Position numbers and translations under genes: made by a program
Shown: one piece after another, positions 39,261 through 53,030 of the stretch
Layout of the letters: each line of letters starts with the position of its first letter
Position numbering within the stretch: the stretch's first letter is position 1
Assembly: GCA_964016885.1 (NCBI GenBank)
Contig: OZ024740.1
Span: forward strand, 114,452,001 to 114,516,000
Direction of reading: 5' to 3'
Source: Eledone cirrhosa
Taxonomy: Eukaryota
DNA length: 64,000 nucleotides
Notes under the pieces: model-generated
Told to the model about the DNA's origin: nothing
The model's input: only the letters and a program-made list of their open reading frames with translations
The model's database searches: none

Positions 39261-40813
39261 TTCTGCTAGAGAATGGGTCGCAGTTACCAGATACCGGTAC
39301 GGCCACCAGTTATGATGGTTATTTGTAATATAATCTGGCAGCTGCCGGACAAATAAACAACTCCAGACCAACAGCAGTAAATTACAAGTGGAGATAGAGT
39401 ATTGGGTGATAGCTATAGTTCAGAAGAAAGCTCTCACAACACAGTGTTGTAGCTATGATAAAGCAAGCAAAGGCCGCGTCCGAAAAAGCTTAATCTTGGC
39501 GGGTTTGATAAAAGTAGTAGGTTGGTGACTGGTGCGAATAAGACAACCACAGCTCAATATGGTGAGAGGTACGAAAAATCACCATACAGCATCTATCTTC
39601 ATGCGGGTTAACAAGGGATGTGTTCATGCCTTATCGAATATTATATTTCTGTCTTCATTTCATGCCGCAAAACCTAGCATGGGCGTCTGGTAGACGCTCA
39701 AAGATCCTATATCCGGTGACTCCGATAGAGATTTCGGAAGAGAGCAAAACCATTGCTATATTTGCTGCTCGTCTTCATATGAACGCCCTTCTCCTATCCG
39801 ATAGCTGGGGATTTAGTAGAACTACATATCTATCTGATTAATATACTAAATTCTTATAGTCATTACCACTCCAAGTCAGGGTGCATCTTAGAGAAATACC
39901 GAAGAAGCTATGACTCCACACTCACCAGAATTCCAAACAGGAACCTCCCCATCGGTTGCAGGTTAGTGTAATATACTGCACTTCATTCGTCCAAGAATAA
40001 CACTATTCAGAATATTTGAAATATATGATCGATGATAACTATATGACACATGTGAATCTTTTCCCTTCTGCTTTAGACTTAATGGAGTCACGAGATGAAC
40101 AATAATATTGTAGAGCTGAAGTGTATCTAGAACATTCAGCTGTGTGATGCTGATAAAACATTTCTGATTAACTCAAGCTAGAGCATGTTGTTTGCATACA
40201 CATGTGTTAAGCGAAGTATCATTAAATCTTAAGATACTCTAATGGTGAAAATACCTTAACTCTTTAGCATTTACATTACTCTATATATACTATTGTATTT
40301 TTGTGGCAAAGGATTTACCTCACATAATTATCTCGCATAATATCGAATCTAAAAGATTTTGATGTTATTTATTTTGAGAACAATAATTTAATGCCAGTAT
40401 GACCGGCCAATTACGGGTGGCTTGAACAGAAAGAGGTGAGAGAGTTCTGATGGGATACGGTTTAAATGTTAAAGTGTTAAAGCAGTGTCGTTAATACAAA
40501 TGGTCATAGTAACTAAAGAAGAGAGTGTTGTGTAAATTAGGCGTATGTCAGTAAATATTAATTTGCATGAGGTGCATTTTTTAAAATTGATTTGTTAATA
40601 TGGTTATATGTGGTACATTGTGTTAAAAATTAATATATTGTGATGATACAACCTCAAATACGTGAGGCCATGTTATCACCCAACTGACATTAATATTATC
40701 AATATTACAGAAATATATCTCTAACTAAAACGGATATGTATATGAATAAAATAATAATAGATACATATATATGCATCATATATATGTGTATGTATGTATA
40801 TGTGTATATATAC

Positions 40814-40961
<148 letters not shown>

Positions 40962-41049
40962 CGAAGGAAATGTGGTAAGGAACCAGGTGGACCATAACGC
41001 ACCAAAGTACTCAATATTTAGGGTAGTAGAGTGGGTGATAGGAACCAGT

Positions 41050-41150
41050 AAGACCCCGACGGCTGAGCTCAAGCCGTTTCGACGGCTAATTCTGGACTAA
41101 ATGAAAATTTATCCTAGTATTTAAATAGCCGAACTTCTCAAGGGGTAATT
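41050..41150 (-). ncRNA. Type I hammerhead ribozyme, U3:A8 core variant (left pLTR)
   Basis: ACCCC TTGAGAA GTTCGGCTA..TAGCCGTC GAA ACGGCT-TGAGCTC-AGCCGT C GGGGT. Confidence 0.7.
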
Positions 41151-42266
41151 CCATATATGGTCAAAGTGATTGTCACAAGGATTGGTCACAAGTTAGTAGT
41201 AATTCTGTGATGGCAAATTAGTGGGGGAAGGGGTAGCTAAACCTGCCAGTAGGAGAAAAAGGGGAGGGGTGGAGTAGACCCATTCATGCGTTGGTAGTGC
41301 CGGCTACAGCTCGGCGTGAGGTCAAAGAAGATACTAGGGAGGGGGAGGGAGAGGAAGTCGAAACGGTAAGTAGAACAATGAAGGGTAAAGATATATTAAA
41401 AAAAAAATACTGAGAGTGATAAAAAGCGAATAAATGTAAAGAAAAAAATAAGCAATTTCTACGACCTAAGTCTCTCGCTATTGCTCGGCTAAGTAAATAA
41501 ATAAATAAATAAATAAAAAATAATAATAAATAAATAAACTAGGTGGGACGGAATAAGAAAGGACCCTTTTAAGAGGTATAAGTACGTATATCATACGGTG
41601 ACGGGTCAACAAAGGGGGGGGGGGGCAAATACTAAAGAAACTACCACGAAATAATTAATAAAGGTTTCTACCCCAGGCACAAGGCCAGCAACCAACCATG
41701 CAGAAAAGTAAACTAGTACGAAATAATAATTCAGTCCCGAAAAAAATATACTAATGCTAACTCTAGGTAACGCCACGCTACAAAAGTTCTTATACAAGCT
41801 ACATGAAAGTTCGTACGAAGTAAAAGTAAAATATGGAAAATTAATTCAGAACGCCCCCCCCCCCCCCCCCCGCCCAAAAGAAAAGAGAAGAAAGAAATAC
41901 TGAATATACGAAAAATTAAAGCAAAGATGCCACTAAGAAATATAGAAGGCACGGAAAAAAAGGGGCAGGGGTCGGATAAGGGGGCAAGTATCCGAGGTCT
42001 AACACAACTGCTATAAAAAGCGGGGTCCGGCAAATCTATCATAGAATAGGGGAGGGGGTGGGGGTACTCAGGCTACAAGGGGCCGAGGGGCTGCCTCGGG
42101 TGGGCGAGAAAAAGACGCCGACAAAGAAAAAGAACTGGAGTAGAAGGACTAGGGAGGGAAGGGGGAAGAAGGAAATATGGAGAAAGCGATAAAAGAATAT
42201 AAAAGAAGATCTTACGTCTCCCTTGGCAAGCAGGGGTTACCCATTACAAAATCGGCAAGTGGGGTG

Positions 42267-43100
42267 TTATAGCCCTAGTCTACCCCCCCCCCCCCCCGGG
42301 TAATTATGGGGTTTGAGGGCGAGGTAGGTCCTATGCAATTTGTGTTTACATGCAGTAACCAGTTTATCTTTCTTGTTTAGGAGTTGGTCCGTCGAAAACA
42401 ACATTTGTAAAGTTTCCTCCGAGCATAAATTGCACGGACGGCGTCCTCCCGTGTAGAAGTTGGCTCTGGACAGTAATCTCCAAGTGAGATCATAGGTGTT
42501 GTTGTTGTCCTTGAGGTCCCATATGTGGCCCGAAAGTGTAGTGGCGTGACGCCGGGCCGGGTTTCGGAAGGTATGTCTGTGTTGGTATAGCCGGGTCTTG
42601 AAGTCACATGCGGTTAATCCTATATGAGATTTGTTGTAGGTGTCCGTCCTCACGTTGCACTGGTAGATCACATGACGTTCTCTTCATCTGTTGTCGAGGG
42701 GGCAAATGGATCTATCAGGACAGTTGCACCTCCTGGTCGGCTCTCCACTGCTATTTAGGTTATTTCTTCCATCGGGGTTGAATTTTTTGTTGTTGTAGGA
42801 GACGATGTTTTGTGCGAAGTTTGGTGTAGTACTGTAAGAGAGTTTGATGGTATTTTTGTTAATTATGTTGTGGTTGCGGTGTTGTAGTGGGAAGTGTTTT
42901 TCAATGAGCCTAAAGAATATTTTCCAGATGGGAGTTGTCACCTCTGCGTTATGGGGAGGATTGATCCATGTTACATTGCGTGAGTGGCGGTGTCGCCTGC
43001 TCGTTCCGCTAATGTGAGCTGGACAGTAGGATATTTCCTCCCGGAAACCACTCCGCTTGAGGGCCTGGTTGTAATAAGGCACATGTTCATCGAATATCTC
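42267..43100 (-). CDS. PLE ORF C-terminal part: RT thumb/linker, CxCx5Cx5(U) motif and GIY-YIG endonuclease, with one in-frame TGA at 42684-42686
   Basis: ALKRSGF, RNVTWINPP, IKLSYSTTPN, CNCPDRSICPLDNR*RERHVIYQ..HIGLT..FKTRLYQH..TTLSGHIW..CNLCSEE..CKH. ORFs 42684-43082 and 42267-42671 are in the same frame. Confidence 0.85.
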
Positions 43101-43590
43101 TGGTAGTTTCTTTAGTATTTTGGCCCCCTCTTTGTTGACCCGTCACCGTATGATATACGTACTTATACTTATACTTAAAAGGGTTCTTCCTTATTCCGTC
43201 CCACCTAGTCTATTTATTTATTATTATTTATTTATTTATTTATTTATTTAGCCTAGTGATAGGGAGAGACTTAGGTCGTAGAAATTGTTTATTTTTTTCT
43301 TTACTTTTATTCGCTTTTTATCACTCTCAGTATTTTTTTTTTTTATATATTTTTACCCTTCATTGTTCTACTTACCGTTTCGACTTCCTCCCCCTCCCGC
43401 TCCCTAGTATCTTCTTTGACCTCACGCCCAGCTGTAGCCGGCACTACCAACGCATGAATGGGTCTACTCCACCCCTCCCCTTTTTCTCCTACTGGCAGGT
43501 TTAGCTACCCCTTCCCCCACTAATTTGCCATCACAGAATTACTACTAACTTGTGACCAATCCTTGTGACAATCACTTTGCCCATATATTG

Positions 43591-43692
43591 AAGAAACCCC
43601 TTGAGAAGCTCGGCTATTTAAATACCAGGATAAATTTTCATTTAGTCCAGAATTAGCCGTCGAAACGGCTTGAGCTCAGCCGTCGGGGTCTT
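43591..43692 (+). ncRNA. Type I hammerhead ribozyme, U3:A8 core variant (right pLTR); predicted cleavage after C43684
   Basis: AAGAAACCCC TTGAGAA GCTCGGCTA..TAGCCGTC GAA ACGGCT-TGAGCTC-AGCCGT C GGGGTCTT. Confidence 0.7.
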
Positions 43693-43699
43693 ACTGGTT

Positions 43700-43773
<74 letters not shown>

Positions 43774-44619
43774 GGCATGTATGTATGCTTGTATGCTTGT
43801 ATGCTTGTATTCATATTCCATATATAAATATCTTCATGCATCTGTGTTTACACAGACGTTGTTAGAAACATAGTAAAACAAACAAAAATAAATAAGAATG
43901 ACAAAGTAACAAGAACGAAAATGTGGCAGTAAAAGGATGATAGGGTGAAACTCAGGAGGAGCTGAGCAAATACTTGGAAGTAATACACGCAGTGGCATAA
44001 ATTTTATTCCGTAAAAAAGAACAGTGAAAGAGAGACAAATTTAAAGAAGGCTAATGTGAAAAAGATTCCTAAATACATAAAGAAAGAAATAGATGGAAGA
44101 GACAATATGATAGATTGCTTGGAAAGGGCTATTTATATATTTTGATATTTATATAGCTGTAAAGCGAGAGAAAGAAAATAAGAGAGAAATCTATTTCATT
44201 CTCTATATTTTTATATTATTTTACAGGTTTTTATGCATTAAACTGCAGCAATGACGATAGAATGCCTAAATATACTTAATGATATTGAGTCGAGTTCTTA
44301 TTTTTCAGGTCTCGTACATAAAGTATCAATGTCTTTTTCTCTAACCACGAATTACGGGACATGTAAACAGACATCCACCGAGTCACAGAAACGTACGCAC
44401 ATGGGAGCAATTAAGTACAGGATAGACTTCTACAGTTATCGTGTAAAAAATTCCAATCGCAAGATATTTGCCGACCTGGAGGTACAGTAGAAACCTATTT
44501 CTTATCCAACATTCTGCATGTGTAATATATTTTGATACAAACTGTTACTTGGATATGCAAGAAAGTATAAATTTTTATATTTTTCGTTAACCAAGGCATG
44601 CATTTTCAAAAATGTATAG

Positions 44620-44718
44620 AAGGCCTGAAAGCATTAGCTATCAACCATGGATAAATCGATAAACATTCCGATGTTTACCGACTTATTCATGGTTGATGAA
44701 TAGTATTTGTAGGCCTTA
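44620..44718. repeat. Imperfect palindrome / hairpin
   Basis: AAGGCCT..ATCAACCATGGATAAATCGATAAACAT-TCCG-ATGTTTACCGACTTATTCATGGTTGAT..AGGCCTT. Confidence 0.8.
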
Positions 44719-45082
44719 CATACATCTACTAATGGGGGATACAAACTTCGGTAAACAAAAACTATTCCTTGAATGGCCATGTAATAGCTAGTGTTAATAT
44801 ATATAAATTGTCTCTATCTTTACATATCGTAATATATAAACATATTTTAAAGCATATTAAGAGAAAGATCGAAAATGAGGGGGAGATTGAGAGAGATTAT
44901 TAGAGAAATGATGCAAGAAAGCGGAATGTTTTAATCGTGAGTGTAGATGATATATGATTAGAGCACTGTTAATTCAAACCTTTTTCTCTCTTCTTTTTTT
45001 TCTTTGCCTTTTAGTTACCATAATCATAATCAATCTTCAGATTACATTTACTATGCTGAATAGCAAGAAAACGACTGTGAAT

Positions 45083-45118
<36 letters not shown>

Positions 45119-45222
45119 CGATGATTATGATGATGATAATGACGATGACGACGACGGCGGCGGCGACGACAACGACGACGACGGCGACGATAACGACAAT
45201 GAGGATGAGGATGATATGATGA
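45083..45222. repeat. (GAT)n/(GAC)n compound microsatellite
   Basis: Direct inspection. Confidence 0.92.
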
Positions 45223-45429
45223 TTTCATTTAGTGGTCAGAGAGGCGCAAAACAAGCATTGGAGACAATAAAAGGAGAAACAGTGCAGAGTGAAGTTTACA
45301 GCGAGTAAAGGAAAGGTGACATCACGTTAAGTATAAGAATAATAGAAATTAAAAAATATTAATAATAACAATAGTACACAATAATAACTGTCAACTCCAA
45401 TGATGTTGGGGGTGAGTGGCCTTTTATGT

Positions 45430-47000
45430 TAGTTCTGGGGAGAAACACAGAATTGCCCTAAACACAGAATTACCCTATCACCACATGGGCAGGAGAAGTG
45501 CCTTCTAGAGGGACAGTTTTGTCGCCCTGCGTGCGTCTATGACAGGTCGCTGTTGGCACTACCGTGCCTCTATATCTCGTCTCCAACTGGTAATATGACT
45601 CTTTAGAACTGTCATGCCAAGAACGTTTGAATATTATCCAAAATGTCTGACCTAAAAGTCCTCCAGAAGACCCTGTTCAGATTGTCCGTGTCACGACCCA
45701 GAGCCGATTTTAGGACATCCTCAAACATTACTTCCACTAACTCTCCAAAGAACTCACTTGGTTATTTTTTCTGGTCATTTATCGCAATATTCAGCTGGTA
45801 AAGTGCAGAGAGTGCGTTGTAGCATTCTAGATGTCAGGCGCTCAACATGGTCGGTGGTTGACCCAGGATTATATCCCGGTCAAGGAGATGAGCAGCGGAA
45901 TGTCATGTCGCACTACGGTGCCCACGCCGGTTAAGATTTGTTTTCAATGATTTCGTCATTGCGGAACGGGGTATTTCCGCGGGTCTGTAAGGAAGATCAC
46001 GTGCTTGTGCTACATCAGTGATAGCATTTCTAAACAACCACGGATGGGTGGCAGATGAATTTTCTAACGAGTAGACCACGTGTTATTCACAAAACATTGC
46101 AGATCATGCGTTCCAGTCTCATCAGGTTGATATGCTACGACATTCAGTTGGTAGTATACCTCTGAAGTAATCTAGATATTTACCAGCTGATTGTGGTGGG
46201 ACAGATTTCTCTCTGCTAATTATTTTTTTATAGCCTCCACTTAGTTTTTCTCTACTTGGAGGTCTAATACAAATTAAGCTCCAAGCACTGTAACTGGTTT
46301 GTCGGGCCAGCTGTGGTAGCTTGCGCTGGCCAGCATGATCCAACCTCCTCACAGGCGGTGTTGCTAACCCACTGACCTCTTCCAGTAACCTGCCTGTATT
46401 ATTCTATTGTTGTGCCAGGTGCCACTATATCTAACGTGCCTTACACCATGGCAATGCCGGCATTTGCATACGCAGACAGAGTTCAAGCAAAATTGCTCTC
46501 AAGATCCATTCTACGCAGCAGTGTCTTCAAGACCAACACCCGTAGGAGGACGAGAGGTGTCATCCCTGAAGGTCCAATCATAGGATATAGATGGGTTCTG
46601 ATAACTGGACGTTTACTTTGACCACCGGACATACACCACTGTAGAACATAGCAATTCTGCTTCGTAAAACAACAACGAGACCAGTTGGTCCACGCACAGC
46701 CTCCAGACATTGATGGCCTACACTATGCTTTTGACTGATCTAAATTGATGAGTGCTCCGTCAAAGTTGGGTCTACTTCTGATCCATTCAACATTTTATAT
46801 GATGAGGTAGAGTTTGGCTTAAATAGATCTTCCACGGATCGCTCAGCTCTGTGCATTTCATACAACAATACTAATAACAGGATCCAACCTCTTGGCTAGT
46901 ACTACTCCACTCTGACACTTGAAACCTAAGCGTACCGAGTAATATTTGCAATGTACATAGGTGGATCTCTAAAAGGTTAAAGCTAAACCTTCCTCAATAA
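45430..47000 (-). mobile_element. Ancient, heavily mutated Tx1/L1-like ORF2 fragment (extent approximate)
   Basis: Broken frames read GRSI..GALINLDQSKA, VKVNVQLSEPI, VLVLKTLLRR and LSAYAN; the last three align by eye with the RT at 20930-21112. Confidence 0.55.
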
Positions 47001-48801
47001 GCGACTAAACAGACGCTCCACTCTGGTAAAATTCAAACTGCGGTAAGACAAGAGAGCAAAATAATAATATATATCGGAGTCGATGTATTAGTGTACAACC
47101 TCTGCCTGGCCATTTATGACATTTAAGACTTTTAAGCCCATTTCTGTATGAGATTGGTTACTTCGTTAAAAACTAAGCAAAAGTTCCTATCGACATGGAT
47201 CCAAGCCCATACCAGAAACCCATTAACACCAATATCGATATTCATCCAGCAACACGTGATCTTGCTGGCAGCTTCGATGTTCTTATTTCACCAGACGCCG
47301 TGTTGTAACGCCACATTTCTCTTGATATCACCTCACATGTATTTAGTATAATGGTGAGCCCCTCGGTCTCTGAACTGTCTGTCATTATGTATATACTCCT
47401 CAATACTTCCGGATTCTGCAGCAGTGATTCAAGAATTCAAATGTAAAGAAGCGATATGAAGAAATAATTTTGAAGAAGCAAGCGCGCGATACAAAATGTT
47501 TTCTAAAGGTTGTTATATATTGACAACTCTGAGTAGATGCGGCTGTAGAGTGTCGTTGCAAAATCGAGACCGTCAAAAGCGGACCAATATTGATTACATG
47601 CAGCAGAAACCGATGGCTCACCCTATATAATTCTTTAGATTAATTCACACTGGTGAAGTCATGTTTAGTCACGAATCTCTCGACTTTGTATCGCACGAAA
47701 CTAAGATTGTTAAATATTGATCTGTAATGCAGTAGCATTCATATTTGTGGCATCGGTATCACTATACACAACAAGAAAAAACTTCATCACGAGTAACATG
47801 ATGAAACTTTTTAACTCTGTATTCAACAAAAATATGGGAACAACATTTTCTATAACACCTTCAGTATTATTGTTTATATTAAAGCCAACACATAGATTCC
47901 ATTAGTAGTGACACCTATTTTATAGTTACAGGAACCAACGTAGAAGAAAAATTCCTCTCCCTCATCATGAACATGATGCTCATCTTCCATCTCTAAAATA
48001 GATATCAGTAAAAACGTCATGATAACCGTTATCACTACCGCCATTGCAACACACCTATCCTCACCACAACGCCTACTAACAATATTTCTAATCGCCCGAA
48101 CCAATTACCAAACCTTTTTACCATTTAGTCATCTCTTATCATTATCAACACCATTTCTACTACCAACCACCACTACTGGCTTCACCACCATTACACCATC
48201 CACAAATTATTACCATCATTTTCAACCAGACCTTACTTTAGTATGTCATGCAACCCTCCATTTTCCAGTTAAAATATTTGATTTATAACTACACATTCTA
48301 TGAGGTAAAGGAAATTGACAGCATGTATTCTTATTTCATCATAAATTCCTTGTTTTGGAGAAAGAACTGACGCCAAACACAAATCGTTTTTGCAATCTAT
48401 TCGTGTCTTGTATTTGTGTGGTATTGCCTGTTTATACGTTTGTGTGTGTATATATAGATATGTACATGTTTTTGTATAAGTCTAGGGCGCTTTCCGTGGA
48501 GTAAAATGAGAAATATTAGTAATAGTATGAGTGTGAGTAGTAGAATGTTTCCGCCTCTTATGATTGATGAGATAAACGGTTTCTTGTTTCAATATTGTTG
48601 CATCATTATTTTAGTCAGTTATTCATTGGATTATTTAACGTTGTGGCGTTTTTGTTGATCTTGCAACAAATATATTGCAGGTTTCGAAGAGTAATATTTT
48701 TATCTGAAGCTACTAACGTGGGATAGAAAGAGCTTCTTAGTTCTAAGTTAAAATACCAAGAGTTCGTATACTATCAATATTAAATATCTATTTTATGGTT
48801 T

Positions 48802-48839
<38 letters not shown>

Positions 48840-49157
48840 ATATTTGGTGAGGGTCATATTTGCGTAATATTGCCAGAATTAATAACAGAACACACTCACT
48901 GTTTGGTTGGTTTTCGCTTCTCGCTGTCTTTTATATATATATATATATCTGCGATCTAACTTACTCGGTCCTCAATGTTGCCATTGACTGACCGGCGGTC
49001 AAAAATAATACAGATACAATATAGACACAAACACATATATATAGTTTACATAATTTACATAAATCTTTCGTTGCACATCTGCAACATCGTCAGTGGTGTT
49101 ATATTCATTGTTCCTCCTGTTGTGTTGTATATTTATATATATATATATTGTGTTGTA

Positions 49158-49202
<45 letters not shown>

Positions 49203-49554
49203 CTATGTATCTCTATATATGTATTTATATATCTATCTAGGTCTCTGTCCTGCGTCTCCAAGAGACCAGTGTCTGCCCTTAGGGCATCAACATATGTCAA
49301 CATTGGTCTCCCTCTTCCAGGATGAAGAACTCAGAGCTGTACGGGAGTCTCGAAAGTAGGACAGAGGAGAGTTAGGTTGGCTGGACATGCTCATATATAT
49401 ATACTGCATATATATTATATATGAGTGCGTGTATATATGTATGTATATATATATAAGTGTGTGTGTGATTGTGTGTTTGTGTCTATTTCTTTGTGTATTT
49501 GTATATTTGTGTGTGCATGGGTCTATGCATAAATACATATATAAGACTTGCATG

Positions 49555-49700
49555 CGCACAGTTTCTGTTTACCAAACTCCACTTACAAGTCATTGGTCAA
49601 TCTGAGACTTCAGTAGAAGACACTTGCACAACGTTCCACACATAGGATTGAATCTTAAATCCTTTCACCAAGAAAAGAACCTAATCATACAGAAAATCCA
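49555..49700 (-). mobile_element. Degenerate SINE (second family)
   Basis: CCAAACTCCACTTACAAG..TTGGTC..AGTAGAAGACACTTGC..GGATTGAA (reverse B box). Confidence 0.55.
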
Positions 49701-50464
49701 TCATGATTCGTATAGAAGAGTTGGTAGGTAGTGAACATCACATATAAACTTCAAGTACTGGCTCAGTAATCCTAATGACAGACGATAGAGTGACGTCACA
49801 AAACGGACAATCCATCGTTTCCTATATCAGTTGACATGTGAAATGCAGCAACCAAATCTCTCCCCAAATTGCACCTTACCATTAAAATATGGTAAGGTGC
49901 AATTTGTCGGAGAATTTAGGAGGAAAACACATGTTGTAGAGCTAGACTAGCGTACTAAATACACGGGCGCCAGGTCCTGGCTATATGCACTTTTTGTTAA
50001 TTTAAATAAACATTTCTATTAATCATCTGCAATATTATACCGACAGAGGCTCCATTTTATTATGTGAAAGACAAGGGAAACTTTCCAGATACAGATTTCA
50101 GAAACACCAATACATTTTAGATTTTAAAAGAGAGAAATAAATATATCTGCTATTTTATTTCCGGCGTTATAAAATATTGCCAAACAAACAAACAAGGTTA
50201 TCTGCATATATAATCCAAAATTATACTCAAATATTTTTCTAGACATGAACCAAAAGCTTTTCAGTAAAGGCTCTCTGACTTTTAAAATAGACATATTGCA
50301 GAGGACAGCTAGCGAAAAAGCCGAGGTTAAATTAAGTTTAAAAGCGACAATCAATCATTCGGTTAAGTGGAAACGATCGATACATAATGGACGTTCTTAC
50401 GAACCAATTTTGGAACGAAACATAGGAAATTATTTTCGGAGAAATAATCTATTTACGAAATATC

Positions 50465-50820
<356 letters not shown>

Positions 50821-50825
50821 GTAAA

Positions 50826-50942
50826 GGTGCGTGGCTAAGTGGTTATAGAATTGGATTCGCAATCGTGAGGTTGTGAGTTCAATTTCCGGACCGGGTGATG
50901 CATTATGTCCTTGAGCAAGGCACTTTATTTCACGTTGCTCCT
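50826..50942 (+). mobile_element. tRNA-derived SINE head (another family)
   Basis: A box GTGGCTAAGTGG, B box GAGTTCAATTTCC, then GTCCTTGAGCAAGGCACTT. Confidence 0.75.
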
Positions 50943-51489
50943 TCTACCATGAATTGCGACCGATAAATAGTATTAGCAATTGGAAAGACCAATGAAAACA
51001 TTGTTTCCTCGATCTGATTCGACGAAAGTCGATCGATTTTATATATATATATATAAAGAGAGAGAGAGTTAGGGAGAGAGAGAGAGATTTATATATAGAG
51101 ATAGATTTATACATTATTTATATATATTATATAGATAGATAGATTTATATATATATATAAATCTCTCTCTCTACATATATGTATATGCATATATAAGTGA
51201 TGTTTCAAACACAAAATACACACACACGTATATATATATATATATATATATGTGTGTCTTTGCCTGTATCTATGTACATATGTATGTATATGTGTGTGTA
51301 TAGTCTCTCTGTGTCTTTGAGTCTGCAACTATGATAGAAAGAAATAATGGGATATGTTCACCTAGGAATATTGAGAAAAAGGAAAATTATTTCAATGTTT
51401 TCTGCTTTGCTATATGCAGAGATACATTACCACCAAATGAACATCATGCGCAATTCATACATAGTTCATTTCATACCAATACGTTCTGT

Positions 51490-51544
51490 GAGAACGTCAC
51501 TGATGAGAGATAAGCAAATCTTGAAGCAGCTCTCTGACATTTTC
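51490..51544 (+). ncRNA. Decayed minimal type I hammerhead
   Basis: GAGAACGTCA CTGATGA GAGAT-AAGCAA-ATCTT GAA GCAGCTCT C TGACATTTTC; two changes from GAA ACAGCTGT C. Confidence 0.55.
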
Positions 51545-51789
51545 AGAACATTGCTGGTAATTCGGTGATATATACACCAAGGAAATCAGAGAAAATGAAT
51601 TTTTTTCGTTTCTTTTCGTTACGAAAGAGAAAAATATTATTTTCTTCGACAGGGATGCTACAGTTATATTTAATATATATGAACATATTATATAGGTTTG
51701 TATATGTTTTCCTATATGTCTCGGGGCCAGTCAACTGTACATCATATCCTCATTAAGGGCACAATTCTAAGGCAAATTAGATACTGAAA

Positions 51790-53030
51790 TCTCATCAAGT
51801 ATAAAAAAGGCAACACATGTCTTTGGTGGACTATAAATTAAACTCACAATGTCACTTTAATAAAGATTGCTATATTAGTCTCATTTGTGCTATCCATACA
51901 CACGGCATGTTAAAATTTTAAAGCAGTTTCGCCCAAAATGGCTCCGCCATTTATTCAAAATAAGTTGGAACACATTCGTTCCAGACACTGAGATTTTTGC
52001 TTGGGCAAATGTTACATCTATACAACTATGCTTACTAAGAATCATTTCAGATGGATAAGTCCCATGATTCGTATGAGTGACGCATGCATCGCCAAGAAAA
52101 TGTTTTATGGTGAACTCAAGCTGGGCAAAAGATTAAATAGTAAACCAACGAGGAGATACAGCGACTCTCTAAAAGCGAATTTAAAATGCCTTAACATAGC
52201 CTAAAAAACTTGAATCCTATGCAGCAGATAGAGTAGAATGGTGTTAAAGCATTTGAAAGAGAGAGGGTTAAACATGCATAACTGAAATGAAACGTGCCGA
52301 AGAATGAGGCCAACTGTAATAATAATTGTTTCTATTTTTGGCACAAGGCCAGCAATTACACAGTACATTACAGGTAGTTTATTTTGTCGACCCCGTAAGT
52401 ATGAAAGACAAAGTTAAGCTCGGCGGGATTTGAACTCAGATCATAATGGGACATAACTCTATGCTTCAAAGCATGTTGTCTGACTCTCTACCGATACTGC
52501 CAATCCACCGCAGAGTTTCTACTTTTGGCACAAGGCCAGCGATCACCCCAGTGCACCACTGGTACTTTATTTTGTCGACCGCGTAAGGATGAAAGGCAAA
52601 GTTAACCTCGGCGGATTTGAACCTAGAACGGAAAGGGCCATAACTATGCTGCAAAACATGGTGTCTGACGTTCTACCGATACTGCCAAACCAAATGAATC
52701 TTATCCATCATTAGTTTTCAAATGCGCGGTGTGCCCTAAAGTTTGCATTTCAAAAGCTGGCGTGAAGTCACACCAACGAGCACATGGTAGTAAAGTCCAA
52801 GTTGACTGTTCAAACTGCATTGCAGAGAATCAGTACCAGTGCCATGATCGTCATAATATTTGAAAATAAGGCGGTCGATTGAAGCGACATCTGACATACA
52901 CATTAAGAAAACCCAATGTTGAAACAAGAACGAAATGAGACATTGTCGTACTATTTGTGGATGGGTCTTTCACAGTTTTTCAAGACTCAAAGCCATTTAA
53001 GATATCATGCCAGGAACAAACATACATAAA
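51790..53030 (+). mobile_element. Degenerate RTE (BovB-like) 3' fragment interrupted by SINEs
   Basis: HFRWISPMIRMSDACIAKKMFYGELKLGKR..KPTRRYSDSLKANLK (52001-52204); C2H2-like remnant near 52950-53005. Confidence 0.7.
52325..52690 (-). mobile_element. Two tandem tRNA-derived SINEs
   Basis: GGCACAAGGCCAGC..GTCGACCCCGTAAG.ATGAAAG..GGATTTGAAC..CTACCGATACTGCCAA occurs twice. Confidence 0.88.

Noticed and set aside
41150-42266. SECIS element downstream of the PLE ORF
   Set aside because: Several ATGA/GTGA starts were inspected but none gave a clear stem, AA loop and GA quartet; left open for SECISearch3.
44251-44490. Possible host exon (TTTTTCAG..GAG|GTACAG open frame, or a transporter-like peptide on minus)
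   Set aside because: No recognisable domain; similarity too weak to support.
49318-49362. ATGAAGA..GAAAG hammerhead-like string
   Set aside because: Lacks C3/U3 and stems I and III; the region reads better as an RTE 3' remnant.
50826-50900. tRNA gene
   Set aside because: A and B boxes are present but there is no complete cloverleaf, and it continues into a SINE body.
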